Source: Escherichia phage JLBYU43
DNA length: 64,000 nucleotides
Sequence record: NC_105512.1
Direction: 5' to 3' (one strand)
Shown here: positions 20,626 through 30,456 of the stretch, piece after piece
Position numbering within the stretch: position 1 is the first letter of the stretch
How the letters are laid out: the number at the start of each line of letters is the position of its first letter
Notes under the pieces: model-generated
What the model was told of the DNA's origin: nothing
The model's input: the letters and a program-made list of their open reading frames with translations, nothing else
The model's database searches: none
Program-made: the position numbers and the translations under genes

Positions 20626-20781
20626 TTGTAACCTCCTCTAACCAATACCATTATACTAATTTTGGAGGAAAATTACAATGTGTTTTTAAAGATCACTTCT
20701 GGAGCATAAAATTTTGTCGTTGTCAAGAAGAATTTTAGATAAAAGAAAAGCCAGGGTCGTTAAACCCTGGCTTAAAACTAC

Positions 20782-21381
20782 TTACTCTTCTTTATGCTCC
20801 TCTGATTGAGGTAACTGGGCTTTGTTATATTGCTCAGATCGATATTTTGCCAAGATTTCAATACGCTTATGGATTTCTTTGCTATCTAGATAGATATTTT
20901 TGTTGTCTTTTACCATCTCGTCTATTTCGTCTATTGAGAAGAACGGATAGTAGACATCTAGCATCATATCTTCTACGAACTTGTTGTAAGATTCATAGGC
21001 TTTCTTGATTTCCTGACCTTTCTCACAGAACCCACCAGAGAACGTGTGGCCCATTAGCGTAGCATGTGGATGTACTACCCATCCATGACAGGATAGAAAA
21101 ATTGTGCAGTAAGCAGAAGCACTAGGACCAACCAGATGTCCTATAACTGTTCCACGGCAATTAGCAATTAAGTTAGATAACTGTGCAGCAGTATCAACAT
21201 AACCACCTGGACCATTAATCATCAGATTAATTTCGTCGTCCTCATTTGCTTGCATAAGTACCATTGATAAATCACGGTATTCATCTGGCGGGCCTAATTC
21301 CTCATCAAAGAAAAAGGTATACTCGTTAGATTGGCGAATGGAGTGAAACAGGTTAGTCTTTTCTTCTTTTTTATTAGTCAT
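20782..21381 (-). CDS. ClpP-like serine peptidase family protein
   Basis: INGPGG and GPSASA motifs resemble the ClpP/S14 fold. Confidence 0.45.
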   Translation of the reverse strand: MTNKKEEKTNLFHSIRQSNEYTFFFDEELGPPDEYRDLSMVLMQANEDDEINLMINGPGGYVDTAAQLSNLIANCRGTVIGHLVGPSASAYCTIFLSCHGWVVHPHATLMGHTFSGGFCEKGQEIKKAYESYNKFVEDMMLDVYYPFFSIDEIDEMVKDNKNIYLDSKEIHKRIEILAKYRSEQYNKAQLPQSEEHKEE

Positions 21382-21393
21382 AGCGATCCTTGA

Positions 21394-22143
21394 TTATCCA
21401 ACTAGTGGTTCTAGCTCTAAGTCACAGAAGTTATAAACTTCTAGTTTAAGGTTATTGATACCATCGAATTTATTAACTAATTCGTGAGTAATATATTTTG
21501 CAGGAATACCACTTTCAGATGGATGATCTGATTTAATAGTGAACTTCTGCTCAGCGGGTACTACATTTACTATCAAAGAATCCATATCTAGAGTATTGGT
21601 TTCCATAATTAGCTCTCCCTCATTGGGAAAACGCACATCGGTAACGATTGCGACGTCTGGGTCGTCTTTATCGATGGATTGCTCCAGAATTATGAGCCAA
21701 ATGCGTTCATGCACCAGCTGCCTTCCCAACTCAGTACCTACGAGCTGTAGCATTTTTCTTGGGGAGATAAATACGCTATACAGCGCATCATCAGCTTGCC
21801 CAATTAACTGCTGAGGATCAAGGTATTTTCCTTCAAAAATAGGCCAAACGTACGAGAAGTCCTCAAACTTATCGATACCATACTTAAACCATACGTCTCT
21901 AGCTCGCTCCAGCTGAGATTGTGTGACCGTAAACCATTGGTCAATCTCCTTTCCCCTGCGCTCTCCTAGAAACTCTGGAGTTACACCGAGGATTACGGAT
22001 GCAAGTTCATAAACGGGCTTAGCAAAACTATAACGACGAGAAAAACACGTTGGATACGTGTCATTACACCAATCGATAATTAATTTTGCAACGGTATCTT
22101 TTCCCGAACCAGCTTCACCATGTAAACCGACTAATACTGACAT
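21394..22143 (-). CDS. dnk: deoxynucleoside monophosphate kinase
   Basis: P-loop GLHGEAGSGKDT at the N-terminus; ~250 aa as for T5 Dnk. Confidence 0.75.
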   Translation of the reverse strand: MSVLVGLHGEAGSGKDTVAKLIIDWCNDTYPTCFSRRYSFAKPVYELASVILGVTPEFLGERRGKEIDQWFTVTQSQLERARDVWFKYGIDKFEDFSYVWPIFEGKYLDPQQLIGQADDALYSVFISPRKMLQLVGTELGRQLVHERIWLIILEQSIDKDDPDVAIVTDVRFPNEGELIMETNTLDMDSLIVNVVPAEQKFTIKSDHPSESGIPAKYITHELVNKFDGINNLKLEVYNFCDLELEPLVG

Positions 22144-22496
22144 TAATCTTTCCTATTGTTAATTGGTGGATAATATACTAAACAACGTTTTTCTTGCAAA
22201 TCTTGACGATAGAAGCAAACCATACTTGTCAGTCGTGAAATATAAGAGTAAACTGCTTCCTCGCATTTTGCTTTTGCATTCCAATCTTTGTAAGGTACAA
22301 CAACTACTACGCCATCTTCACCATTTGTAGCTAATTTCTTTTCGAATTTGAAATCAAAACTACACGGCTGAAGTCCTTTAGGCCAATCTACATGGGCTTG
22401 CTTTAACTCATGGGATGGCTCCGGTTTTATTTCTTCTGCACAGCCTGTGATTGTGATTGCGGCTGCAAGCAGTACTCCAAGTTTCCAGTTAAACAC
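22143..22496 (-). CDS. putative lipoprotein
   Basis: signal peptide with lipobox ITGC. Confidence 0.5.
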   Translation of the reverse strand: MFNWKLGVLLAAAITITGCAEEIKPEPSHELKQAHVDWPKGLQPCSFDFKFEKKLATNGEDGVVVVVPYKDWNAKAKCEEAVYSYISRLTSMVCFYRQDLQEKRCLVYYPPINNRKD

Positions 22497-22870
22497 GCTA
22501 ATCTTTCCTCGAACTCTTTATTCTGCTTTTTAGCAATTAATGTTACCAATCCAGGCTTTGCAGCGATAATATCTTGACGACTAAGAGCTTTATCTAACTG
22601 CTTAATCTTTTTGTCTAGATCTGCTTGCGAAATATTATTCATTGTAAAATACTGGTTCATTCGAGTCTCACGAAGTTCACTCTCAGTTTTCACTTTATTA
22701 AGAGAAGTCTCTAGAGTGGAGATCTTTTTAGTCGCAACTGCAAGATCTCCCGCTAAAGTTTCGACCTTATTTACTAAATGATAAGCACCGAATCCGATAC
22801 CTATCGCAAGACCAGCTCCCAGGATATACCACTTACCTTGCCATAGAGAACTAATAAAGTTTTTTATCAT
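22427..22870 (-). CDS. membrane-anchored coiled-coil protein
   Basis: 147 aa with an N-terminal TM helix. Confidence 0.45.
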   Translation of the reverse strand: MIKNFISSLWQGKWYILGAGLAIGIGFGAYHLVNKVETLAGDLAVATKKISTLETSLNKVKTESELRETRMNQYFTMNNISQADLDKKIKQLDKALSRQDIIAAKPGLVTLIAKKQNKEFEERLACLTGNLEYCLQPQSQSQAVQKK

Positions 22871-23547
22871 CTTTTCATATTCCTGAATGACGTAACCGTA
22901 TCAAATCCATGTGCTGCTAGGCGGTCTTTATCAGAAATGGTAATAATATCTGGTTCTCCTGTTCCAAGCACGCCCCAGATATATTGTTCAATTCTCTGGT
23001 GTAATCGATATAGGTTGCTTTCAATTTCCTGCCACGGAGTACCTGATAGGTGTAGACGCGGATTAGTTATAACCTTGAAGTATTTATTGTTATCTTTATC
23101 ATTTGGAACTAATGAATCTAGAACTGCTAACGGTACTCTTAGCTCAGATAAGGCTTCTTTAGCTTTCGGGGTAACTTCATCTTGCCATGATAAGATAGAC
23201 TCTTTTGGCTTCCCTCTATTTATATCTAGTAGAGAAAATCCCGTTGACCATCCATTCTCTTTCAAAACTTCTAATGCTTTGTCTAGGTTGAAAGTTTTTA
23301 CTTGAGTATCCAATACATCAATATGGTACATCCAGTAAATCTCTCCTGCTAGGAAAAACGGTAGAATTTTAAAGTAGCCTTTCTTTTCACCAACACGAGC
23401 AATCATACGTTCTTGCATAATCATGTAGTTGCCATCATCTGGAGCCTTTATTATTAGCTCTTCAGTTTTACGCTCCCAAGCACGATCGGGGTCAAACAAG
23501 CTGTTCTGCAAATCGTATACATCTGCCCATTTACTAATAATTCTCAT
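22867..23547 (-). CDS. hypothetical protein
   Basis: 226-aa ORF. Confidence 0.5.
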   Translation of the reverse strand: MRIISKWADVYDLQNSLFDPDRAWERKTEELIIKAPDDGNYMIMQERMIARVGEKKGYFKILPFFLAGEIYWMYHIDVLDTQVKTFNLDKALEVLKENGWSTGFSLLDINRGKPKESILSWQDEVTPKAKEALSELRVPLAVLDSLVPNDKDNNKYFKVITNPRLHLSGTPWQEIESNLYRLHQRIEQYIWGVLGTGEPDIITISDKDRLAAHGFDTVTSFRNMKR

Positions 23548-23699
23548 ATTTAATCCTCTTGCCTCAATCTATAAACATATTATACAATACTTGTGGCATC
23601 TGAGCAACTGAAATTTTATTACAAAAAATAGCCCAGTCGCAAAATTGCAGGCTGGGCTTTGTCATTATTATTCTTGCTAGGAGGTGATTATCATCACTC

Positions 23700-24083
23700 T
23701 TATTTACTTAATTCTCTAGCACGACGTAGCGATCCAGCGGTTCTCCATAGTTTAATGTCGTCAATAACGTCTTTGTAAGGAGCAATAGTAAGACCTAGCG
23801 GTCCTGCTACCAACAGTCCAAAGAAACCAATTACACGCATGTAGAGCAAGCATTCTTTGGGAGTCATTGACTGGACAGCCTGCCTTTCCTCATCACTGTC
23901 GAACTCATATTCTTGATCGTCTAAACGTAGGTACTTAATAAACCATTCAGCAGAATATTCATCCAGATGACGAATAACTGCAATAGCATAGCCTAAACCA
24001 ATAATAAACCATGCTGCTACAATGAATAAAATAAAGCTCATGATATCTCCAGTTAAAGTTGAGGTCAGCGACCAACTCACCAC
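23700..24083 (-). CDS. membrane protein
   Basis: 127 aa, two TM helices. Confidence 0.45.
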   Translation of the reverse strand: MVSWSLTSTLTGDIMSFILFIVAAWFIIGLGYAIAVIRHLDEYSAEWFIKYLRLDDQEYEFDSDEERQAVQSMTPKECLLYMRVIGFFGLLVAGPLGLTIAPYKDVIDDIKLWRTAGSLRRARELSK

Positions 24084-24157
24084 TTACCGCACTAAGGGGC
24101 ACGACTCCCTTATCCGTAACAGTTGCAGGTGACGCAACTCGGTCCTACGCGAGTTCT

Positions 24158-24433
24158 TTACTTGTTATGCATTTCAGCTTTGAATTGCTTAACCTTTAAG
24201 GTCTTGCGATAAAAGCCCCAAATAGCTACTGGCCCCATTAAGGTATCCATTGCTATCCAAACACACATCAAGATTTTAAATACTTTGGTATCATCCCAGG
24301 GAATAACGTTACTTTGACGGAACTTCCAGACCATAACTTCTTTGTTCTTGGAAATAAAGACATCATCAATAACACTATAGATACCTACAACAGCACCAAT
24401 GATAAACCATAGAGCAAAAGGTGAAACAATCAT
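24158..24433 (-). CDS. membrane protein
   Basis: 91 aa, two TM helices. Confidence 0.45.
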   Translation of the reverse strand: MIVSPFALWFIIGAVVGIYSVIDDVFISKNKEVMVWKFRQSNVIPWDDTKVFKILMCVWIAMDTLMGPVAIWGFYRKTLKVKQFKAEMHNK

Positions 24434-24726
24434 TTAAGATCCTTTTCGTCAATTAAAATATTAGTAAAGAATGGTTCGCAGCCTGGAAACATAGATGCTC
24501 CGAACTTCTCCATTACACTCCATAATGGCATTGTGATCATACCATTTTTAACTTTAGGATCTTTATACTCAGCTATTCGTTTATCCGCGAATGTTATTGC
24601 ACTAGAAGTTTCTTCGTACTGTTCTGTATAGTTAGTCCAGAATTTAACATGATCCTTTCTAAGATATTCTAGTACAGCATCAGTTGCTGGAATCTGTACT
24701 AGACTGTTGATGTTTAGTCTTTTCAC
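24430..24726 (-). CDS. hypothetical protein
   Basis: 98-aa ORF. Confidence 0.45.
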   Translation of the reverse strand: MKRLNINSLVQIPATDAVLEYLRKDHVKFWTNYTEQYEETSSAITFADKRIAEYKDPKVKNGMITMPLWSVMEKFGASMFPGCEPFFTNILIDEKDLK

Positions 24727-25099
24727 GTTCTTCTCTCCGACGTTTGCGTTCTTTCATCATATGAGCTGCTACAACTTCATGGTAGTAGTCATTAATGTTA
24801 CCTTCTGGCAAGAAATGCTTAATAGTCACTAGCTGACAAATAACTCGATGAAGATGGTTATTTGGTAGACACAATTTTATACCTGCAACAAATCCAGAGA
24901 AGCCTGGAACACTGAACATGGGTTGGGCTTCTACTCTACCTTCAGAGTTGATATTAAGCTCAATTGAGATACCCATTTTCATGCTATAAAGCTGACAACC
25001 TTCACCATTACCAAATTTTGACCAAACAGTGAAATCCTCATCGATTTGATCTTGGATTTCTTCAACTGCAAGTTTAATTCTAGGGTCTAAATTACTCAT
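24680..25099 (-). CDS. hypothetical protein
   Basis: start set to the internal ATG with a GAAGGTGAAG RBS; start uncertain. Confidence 0.4.
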   Translation of the reverse strand: MSNLDPRIKLAVEEIQDQIDEDFTVWSKFGNGEGCQLYSMKMGISIELNINSEGRVEAQPMFSVPGFSGFVAGIKLCLPNNHLHRVICQLVTIKHFLPEGNINDYYHEVVAAHMMKERKRRREEREKTKHQQSSTDSSN

Positions 25100-25397
25100 C
25101 TTCACCTTCAAAGCCACAGTCATAACGGCAAGTAAAAGAATCAGAACTATTAGTACGTTGAGTAGTGATTTCACCACGTTTGCTAACAGTAACAGCCGGA
25201 GTAGAGAAGTTTTTATTAGTATAGATTTCTACTTTGCCGTTACGTTCTTTAACATCACGCACTTTACCATATTCGGTGGTAATGCCGTTCTGTTGAACTT
25301 TAACATTACCATTTTTCATAGAAACTTTGGTAGTTGCCTGAGAACCGAAACTAACTGCTGAGATTACTAGAGCAATAATAAACTTATTCATCTTCAT
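25092..25397 (-). CDS. secreted small protein
   Basis: signal peptide MKMNKFIIALVISAVSFGSQA; AAGAGGA RBS. Confidence 0.45.
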   Translation of the reverse strand: MKMNKFIIALVISAVSFGSQATTKVSMKNGNVKVQQNGITTEYGKVRDVKERNGKVEIYTNKNFSTPAVTVSKRGEITTQRTNSSDSFTCRYDCGFEGEDE

Positions 25398-25683
25398 CGT
25401 CCTCTTTACAGTCACGGCATACATCATAATCATTGAAAGAATGTTCGTGAGCTTCACACCACCAAGAACAAGAATCGCACAAGAAAATTTCTGTTTTCTC
25501 TATTGACTGTCCAAGCAGTTCGTCTGCTTCATCTTCTGTGATTTTCAAACTACAAACATCAGCAACACGTTTAACAATCATTTTACCTGCTTCATGATAA
25601 GACATACAAGTCCCAACAACATCATGCTCAAGTACGTGAACAGCACAGTCTAGGCGAGTTTTCATTTCAAAGCTCCTTATCAA
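25384..25683 (-). CDS. Cys-rich acidic protein
   Basis: 99 aa with CDSCSWWC and CRDC motifs. Confidence 0.45.
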   Translation of the reverse strand: MIRSFEMKTRLDCAVHVLEHDVVGTCMSYHEAGKMIVKRVADVCSLKITEDEADELLGQSIEKTEIFLCDSCSWWCEAHEHSFNDYDVCRDCKEDDEDE

Positions 25684-25736
25684 TTTATGTAAATATTATA
25701 TCAATAAAGAGGACTTTCGTCAAGTAAATTTTTAAG

Positions 25737-26255
25737 TTATCTACTCTTTTCTTTTATAATATTAGATATAGTAGGTTGGCTAACACCAAACATAGCAGCT
25801 AAAGCCGATTGTCCAAATTCTTTGCTTCTAGGTTGATAATGTGTGCGTATCCAATATACATCTGCATCTGATAACTTACACCTTCCGTGCTGCTCTCCTT
25901 TAGCTCTCTTTTCAGGGCTATTTAATCCAGTATTGTACGCATGTTCCATATTTTCTTCTGCCGTCACCCACTCTAGGTTACTTTCCTCGTTGTTATACTT
26001 ATTGCCATCTAGGTGGTTAACAAAAGGTTTGTTATCTGGGTTAGACACATAATGCTCTGCAACTAGCCTATGTATCCTATACTTTCTACACTTACCTGTC
26101 TCATAGTAAAGATTTACTATTAAGTAACCTTGTCTATTCACTTGAGGTTTAAGAATTTTACCAGATAAGTAACTCAGAACATTTCCTTTATTACTTATCT
26201 GATATTTACCCTCAAAACCTGTTATATCTTTCCAGGTTTCCACTAGTATCCTCAA
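25737..26255 (-). CDS. HNH homing endonuclease
   Basis: NUMOD4-like N-terminus, HNH core (HRLVAEHY...NHLDGNK), C-terminal HTH. Confidence 0.7.
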   Translation of the reverse strand: MRILVETWKDITGFEGKYQISNKGNVLSYLSGKILKPQVNRQGYLIVNLYYETGKCRKYRIHRLVAEHYVSNPDNKPFVNHLDGNKYNNEESNLEWVTAEENMEHAYNTGLNSPEKRAKGEQHGRCKLSDADVYWIRTHYQPRSKEFGQSALAAMFGVSQPTISNIIKEKSR

Positions 26256-26599
26256 TCATATACCCACCATAACCCACGCTTACGCATGTCATGGTCGCGA
26301 TTATAATCATAATTTTCTGGATCTTTCATCACGCGGTGGAGTTCTTGACGATTCCCTTGACGAACCATCTTATTAGAATGCCACTTAACATTCTTACTAA
26401 TGGAATTCCAGTTATAACCATCCTTTTTCTCATTACGAATGGTTGCTTCCTTCATTTCTTTTTTGATGTCGTCCCAGGATTTGGCATAAATAACACGAAT
26501 CCAGTAGCCATTTTCTTTGAGGAAAGAATATTCTTGAGAGAATTGTTCTTTAGACTTCCACCACTGATCACCAGATTGTTTACGATAAGTACGGCTCAT
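26252..26599 (-). CDS. hypothetical protein
   Basis: 115-aa ORF. Confidence 0.45.
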   Translation of the reverse strand: MSRTYRKQSGDQWWKSKEQFSQEYSFLKENGYWIRVIYAKSWDDIKKEMKEATIRNEKKDGYNWNSISKNVKWHSNKMVRQGNRQELHRVMKDPENYDYNRDHDMRKRGLWWVYD

Positions 26600-26720
26600 A
26601 TTACCTCCATTAAGTCTTTTAAATTAACCTAATGTGGATGAATTTTATTATACATATATTATGTACCTTTATACAGAAAAACCCCAGACTACTTATTCAA
26701 TAGCTGGGGTTTGTTATTAA

Positions 26721-27035
26721 TTACAGATCGGGGCGTTCATCTTCGAAACAGCCTGAGCTGATTCCTTCTCCGAATCCTACAAAGCCGTCAAATTCATCGT
26801 TTGAGATGCCCATAATCATTGCTTCCATTTTCCTGATCTCCGAGATTTTCATACCTGCTTTACTATTCTTATAGTATTTGCGAGGATTCCCACACATCCA
26901 ACAAGAACAGATGCAAGGAGTGGTAGTAATAATGCCTAACCGCTTAGGACTTTCTTCATGTGGGAAGACTGTCCAATACTTTTTGCGATTGTTTTTCACA
27001 CGTTGCCGGTGATGGCGTCTTAATGCTCGATCCAC
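26721..27035 (-). CDS. hypothetical Cys-containing protein
   Basis: 104-aa ORF. Confidence 0.45.
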   Translation of the reverse strand: MDRALRRHHRQRVKNNRKKYWTVFPHEESPKRLGIITTTPCICSCWMCGNPRKYYKNSKAGMKISEIRKMEAMIMGISNDEFDGFVGFGEGISSGCFEDERPDL

Positions 27036-27116
27036 ACATTTCTCCTAAAACTTGGGAGATAAATGGAGTTTGCTCGACTACCTTGCGTAGTTGGGAGAAA
27101 TCGTATCCAAATCCCA

Positions 27117-27485
27117 TTATATCGCCTGAGTAAATGTACGACTAATAACGTCGTTCTGTTGTTCACGCGTCAATGCGTTAAATCGAACAGCATAGCCAGA
27201 GACACGGATGGTCAACTGAGGATATTTTTCAGGATGTTTCTGTGCATCCAAAAGCTGATCACGGCTTAACACATTGACATTTAGGTGCTGACCACACTCG
27301 ACTTGAGGAACCACTTCTACATCTACAATGCGGAAGGCCTCAGGGTCAAAATGAGGTGTGATACCCTCTAGATCTTCAACTAGAACCTTTTGTTTAAGTT
27401 CACCATCTTTAGAATATAGCTGAATGATCTGGTTATCATGAACAAGGTTAATTACGCCAGACTTAAGACTTTGATATGCTTTCAT
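27117..27485 (-). CDS. autonomous glycyl radical cofactor (GrcA/YfiD-like)
   Basis: 122 aa; C-terminus [27 protein letters not shown] closely matches my recollection of E. coli GrcA (glycyl-radical RVSGYAV). Confidence 0.7.
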   Translation of the reverse strand: MKAYQSLKSGVINLVHDNQIIQLYSKDGELKQKVLVEDLEGITPHFDPEAFRIVDVEVVPQVECGQHLNVNVLSRDQLLDAQKHPEKYPQLTIRVSGYAVRFNALTREQQNDVISRTFTQAI

Positions 27486-27668
27486 TAGATCTCCCTGATG
27501 TTAGAATTTGGCTCAGCTTTTTGTTAACCCAGAAGCAAGATAAAAACTGGGAGGCAGGCTGTTTATTAAGTGAATACCCGATAATCGCTCGTAGTCCGGC
27601 TTGTGGATTGATAGTCCCATTCAGTTTAATAAACACAGAGATCTGGCACAAAGGCCTGATCTTATCTT

Positions 27669-27744
27669 TGGTAGTTAGTAGTGGAGTTGAACCACTGTAG
27701 TCGCTCCGTATGAAGGAGGTGCATAACCACTCTGCCAACTAACT
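27669..27744 (-). tRNA. tRNA with anticodon CAU (Met or Ile2)
   Basis: 7-bp acceptor stem, T-arm AGTGG-TTCAACT-CCACT, encoded CCA, loop TTCATAC. Confidence 0.55.
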
Positions 27745-27750
27745 ATAATT

Positions 27751-27825
27751 TGGTACCCAATCTAGGTTACGATCCTAGGTCTGAGAGTTATCGGCTCTCT
27801 GTTCTACCATTGAACTAATCGGGCT
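27751..27825 (-). tRNA. tRNA-Ile (GAU)
   Basis: perfect D-arm and anticodon stem, encoded CCA; unusual T-loop ATCGTAA. Confidence 0.5.
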
Positions 27826-28390
27826 TTTTAATACTTTTGGGATCTTTTCCTGTTAAGGCTTTATATCTTTTTCTTAAGCCATTATCAGAATAACCAAGTT
27901 CTTTAGCTGCTCTGACCCAGGAATAGTTAGATACCCAATATTCAATTTGTTCAGCAGATACACTATTATCTTTTACTTTTGACTCGCTATAATGTTTAAG
28001 ACAATAAGTAGACTTACCCGCTATTCTTATTCCACAGACTTTGCAAAAACTTTGTTTGGGCGGAGATATTCCCCTATCAAAACAAGTTTTCTCATAATGA
28101 TCCAGTTTAGACCTCACTATCAGGTTATCTAAATCATTATTAGATATATCTGTATCATCGTGATCTACTTCTAAATCAGAGGTTAATGAGGGTAGATCTT
28201 TATATACTCTCGCTAATGCTCTGCTTAGTAGTATATTTTTAGTTCCATTTTCGACGCCGAAATATTTATACCCAGTAGTATTAGTACGTATACTAAGTAA
28301 TTTATTACTTATTTTGGAATATACTCTACCCTCTCTAGAAATTAAATAATCTGGATACTCTGGTATTTCCTTAAATTCTGTTAAGTCCAT
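27815..28390 (-). CDS. HNH homing endonuclease
   Basis: NUMOD4-like N-terminus and HNH motif (EVDHDD...N). Confidence 0.7.
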   Translation of the reverse strand: MDLTEFKEIPEYPDYLISREGRVYSKISNKLLSIRTNTTGYKYFGVENGTKNILLSRALARVYKDLPSLTSDLEVDHDDTDISNNDLDNLIVRSKLDHYEKTCFDRGISPPKQSFCKVCGIRIAGKSTYCLKHYSESKVKDNSVSAEQIEYWVSNYSWVRAAKELGYSDNGLRKRYKALTGKDPKSIKKPD

Positions 28391-28683
28391 TACATCATCT
28401 CGTCTAGGTAAGAAGTATACTGGTATTTAGCTTCACCAGTTTTAGCTACTTCGACTTCTGTTCTAGGTACTTTTCGTACCAGACCATGAATCATCTTATA
28501 GTTAAGAGACTTAGATGGTTCGTGATCTTTTGGAAAGACTTGTTTAACCGTTACTACTTTGAAGCCTTCACGAGGTGTTAATACAACAACTTGATCACCT
28601 TCTTTAATTTTCCAGGACTCAGGAAATTCATAAGTGTAGCGTTGACCACCAGTTTGGAACACGACAGAAAGATAACGTTTCAT
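28390..28683 (-). CDS. hypothetical protein
   Basis: 97-aa ORF behind an early promoter. Confidence 0.5.
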   Translation of the reverse strand: MKRYLSVVFQTGGQRYTYEFPESWKIKEGDQVVVLTPREGFKVVTVKQVFPKDHEPSKSLNYKMIHGLVRKVPRTEVEVAKTGEAKYQYTSYLDEMM

Positions 28684-28757
28684 TTGGTTTCCCTCTCATT
28701 AATTTATATAAATATTATAACAAGAAATAAGAGAGAAGGCAAATGAATTTTTAAATT

Positions 28758-28832
28758 TGGTGCTCCCACCAGGAGTCGAACCTAGTTCAGATGCTTACAA
28801 GGCAACTGCATCGCCAGCAATGCTTTAGGAGC
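28758..28832 (-). tRNA. tRNA-Thr (UGU)
   Basis: acceptor and T-arm fold, CCA encoded, loop CTTGTAA. Confidence 0.6.
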
Positions 28833-28999
28833 AATAAACCCGTCATTTCAACGGGATTTCTTTTTCAAATACAGGAGACTTATCAGACATTACTGTCATC
28901 GCCAACTGCTGAAGAAACTCGAAGGATAGTGCTAGGCGTTCGTCACCAAGCTCAATCTCTACACGTTTCTTTTGTTTGTCAACCTTTAGTTTCAGGTTA

Positions 29000-29221
29000 T
29001 CAGCCATCTTCGGATTCTAGTTGCTCGGCTACTGCTAGCCAGTCTGGTAAAAGAAACTTAGTACGAAACTCTTCATAAGGTTCTTCTGGATAAAAGCTAA
29101 AATTTGCTTTCTCATCATTTAATAAAACCGAACCGTCTTCCTGTTCATAAGCTCGGTATGTTTCACCAATAATTAAAACTCGTCTATTAGGATTTTTATT
29201 ACGAAACTCAAAAACGTCCAT
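29000..29221 (-). CDS. hypothetical protein
   Basis: 73-aa ORF. Confidence 0.45.
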   Translation of the reverse strand: MDVFEFRNKNPNRRVLIIGETYRAYEQEDGSVLLNDEKANFSFYPEEPYEEFRTKFLLPDWLAVAEQLESEDG

Positions 29222-29236
29222 AACGTTTCCTTAAAT

Positions 29237-29311
29237 TGGTGCGGGATACGAGAGTCGAACTCGTGTCTACTGGTTGGAAGCCAGTTATTCTAGCCACTGA
29301 ACTAATCACGC
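29237..29311 (-). tRNA. tRNA-Gly (UCC)
   Basis: T-arm ACGAG-TTCGACT-CTCGT, CCA encoded, loop CTTCCAA. Confidence 0.6.
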
Positions 29312-29318
29312 ATTCGTT

Positions 29319-29394
29319 TGGCTGGAGAAGGAGGAATCGAACCTACCATTAACGGAGTCAAAGGCCGCTGTGCTAACCGTTACACTACTCTCCA
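29319..29394 (-). tRNA. tRNA-Gln (UUG)
   Basis: U1-A72 acceptor with discriminator G as in Gln tRNAs; loop CTTTGAC. Confidence 0.55.
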
Positions 29395-29400
29395 ATTGTT

Positions 29401-29476
29401 TGGCTGGAGTGCCTGGGATCGAACCAGGAACCTTCGGAGTCAGAGGCCGACGATCTGCCAATTGATCTACACTCCA
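29401..29476 (-). tRNA. tRNA-Gln (CUG)
   Basis: perfect acceptor TGGAGTG/CACTCCA, discriminator G, loop CTCTGAC. Confidence 0.55.
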
Positions 29477-29484
29477 ATAATTCT

Positions 29485-29685
29485 TCACTCTACAGGAACC
29501 GTGGCTATTGGTTCTGGTTCTTCTAGACGTTTGCCTTCATGATCTACACGAATAACACCACAACCTTCACAGATTACAACAGCACCGTAGCCTTCTTTAA
29601 CTTCGGCTTCTGTAATCAGACCAGAAAGATCACCAGTATCTCTACCCCACATATCAATGGAGCATTGTTTGCAGAAATCAGCCAT
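29485..29685 (-). CDS. small zinc-ribbon protein
   Basis: 66 aa with CxxC...CxxC. Confidence 0.45.
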   Translation of the reverse strand: MADFCKQCSIDMWGRDTGDLSGLITEAEVKEGYGAVVICEGCGVIRVDHEGKRLEEPEPIATVPVE

Positions 29686-29710
29686 ATTTTATTTCCTATT
29701 TAAGTTAACT

Positions 29711-29787
29711 TGGGGTGGCTAGTGGAATTCGAATCCACATAGGCCTGATTCACAATCAGGATCATTAACCAATTATGATATAGCCAC
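29711..29787 (-). tRNA. tRNA-His (GUG)
   Basis: extra 5' G (G-1), discriminator C, loop TTGTGAA, CCA encoded. Confidence 0.7.
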
Positions 29788-30255
29788 AATTGAAAACTCG
29801 CAGTGTTAGCGAAACCATCCTCAAATAGCATTTTCTAGAATACTAATCAAGTTATCTCCTATTGCACGCAGCTCAAGACGAGTACGAATTTTCAATTGTG
29901 GCGGCTCTCCGAAACTCATCACACTAACAACTAGTTGATTACACCTGGATTCTCGCCCAGGAAATTCTCTAGAAAGGCGCACCGTTACACTTTGAGCCAT
30001 TGAATGGGATGGTCTCTCATCCCTACTAACTACTTGATCCTTACGATCCGTCGGTTAGCACGAGCAGCGACCCTTCATATATTGTATAGTGCTCAGAAGG
30101 TCATTAGAAGCACTTATCAAGAAGCAGAAGGACTTGAACCTTCACGAGATAGACCATTTATCTCAGCCTCGTTTTCGGGTATCTTATGAGGAGTGGATGT
30201 TCCCCTTACGCCCTTTAGGAAGCCCCGTCTACCGATTCCGGCATACTTCAAGATT

Positions 30256-30350
30256 TGGAGGTAGGTAAGGGGATCGAACCCTTACACCGTATCACTACGA
30301 TCAACCGATTTCAAGTCGGAGTCCAGCGCCAGCCATTGGATTGACCTACC
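30256..30350 (-). tRNA. tRNA-Ser (UGA), long variable arm
   Basis: perfect acceptor GGTAGGT/ACCTACC, CCA encoded, loop CTTGAAA, 95 nt. Confidence 0.55.
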
Positions 30351-30362
30351 GTATAAATTGTT

Positions 30363-30456
30363 TGGCGGAAAAGATGGGAGTTGAACCCATAAGGCGGTAT
30401 TGCTACCACTCAACCGATTTCCAATCGGGTTTAGTCACCAGTCTATTTGCTTTTCC
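30363..30456 (-). tRNA. tRNA-Ser (GGA), long variable arm
   Basis: perfect acceptor GGAAAAG/CTTTTCC, CCA encoded, loop TTGGAAA. Confidence 0.5.

Noticed and set aside
27463-27738. 91-aa ORF on the minus strand
   Set aside because: It overlaps a well-formed tRNA (27669-27744) and has no RBS; most likely a spurious reading frame through tRNA-flanking sequence.
28791-30189. Plus-strand ORFs in the tRNA island (28791-29078, 29318-29542, 30004-30189; also 32886-33068, 33218-33421 and 37794-37976)
   Set aside because: They run antisense through tRNA genes or structured spacers, lack RBSs and lie opposite to the local transcription direction set by the promoters.
30116-30212. Candidate tRNA built on the GAAGG-TTCAAGT-CCTTC T-arm
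   Set aside because: No complementary acceptor strand within 120 nt and no encoded CCA, unlike every clear tRNA in the island; retained only as a tRNA-like fragment in the findings.
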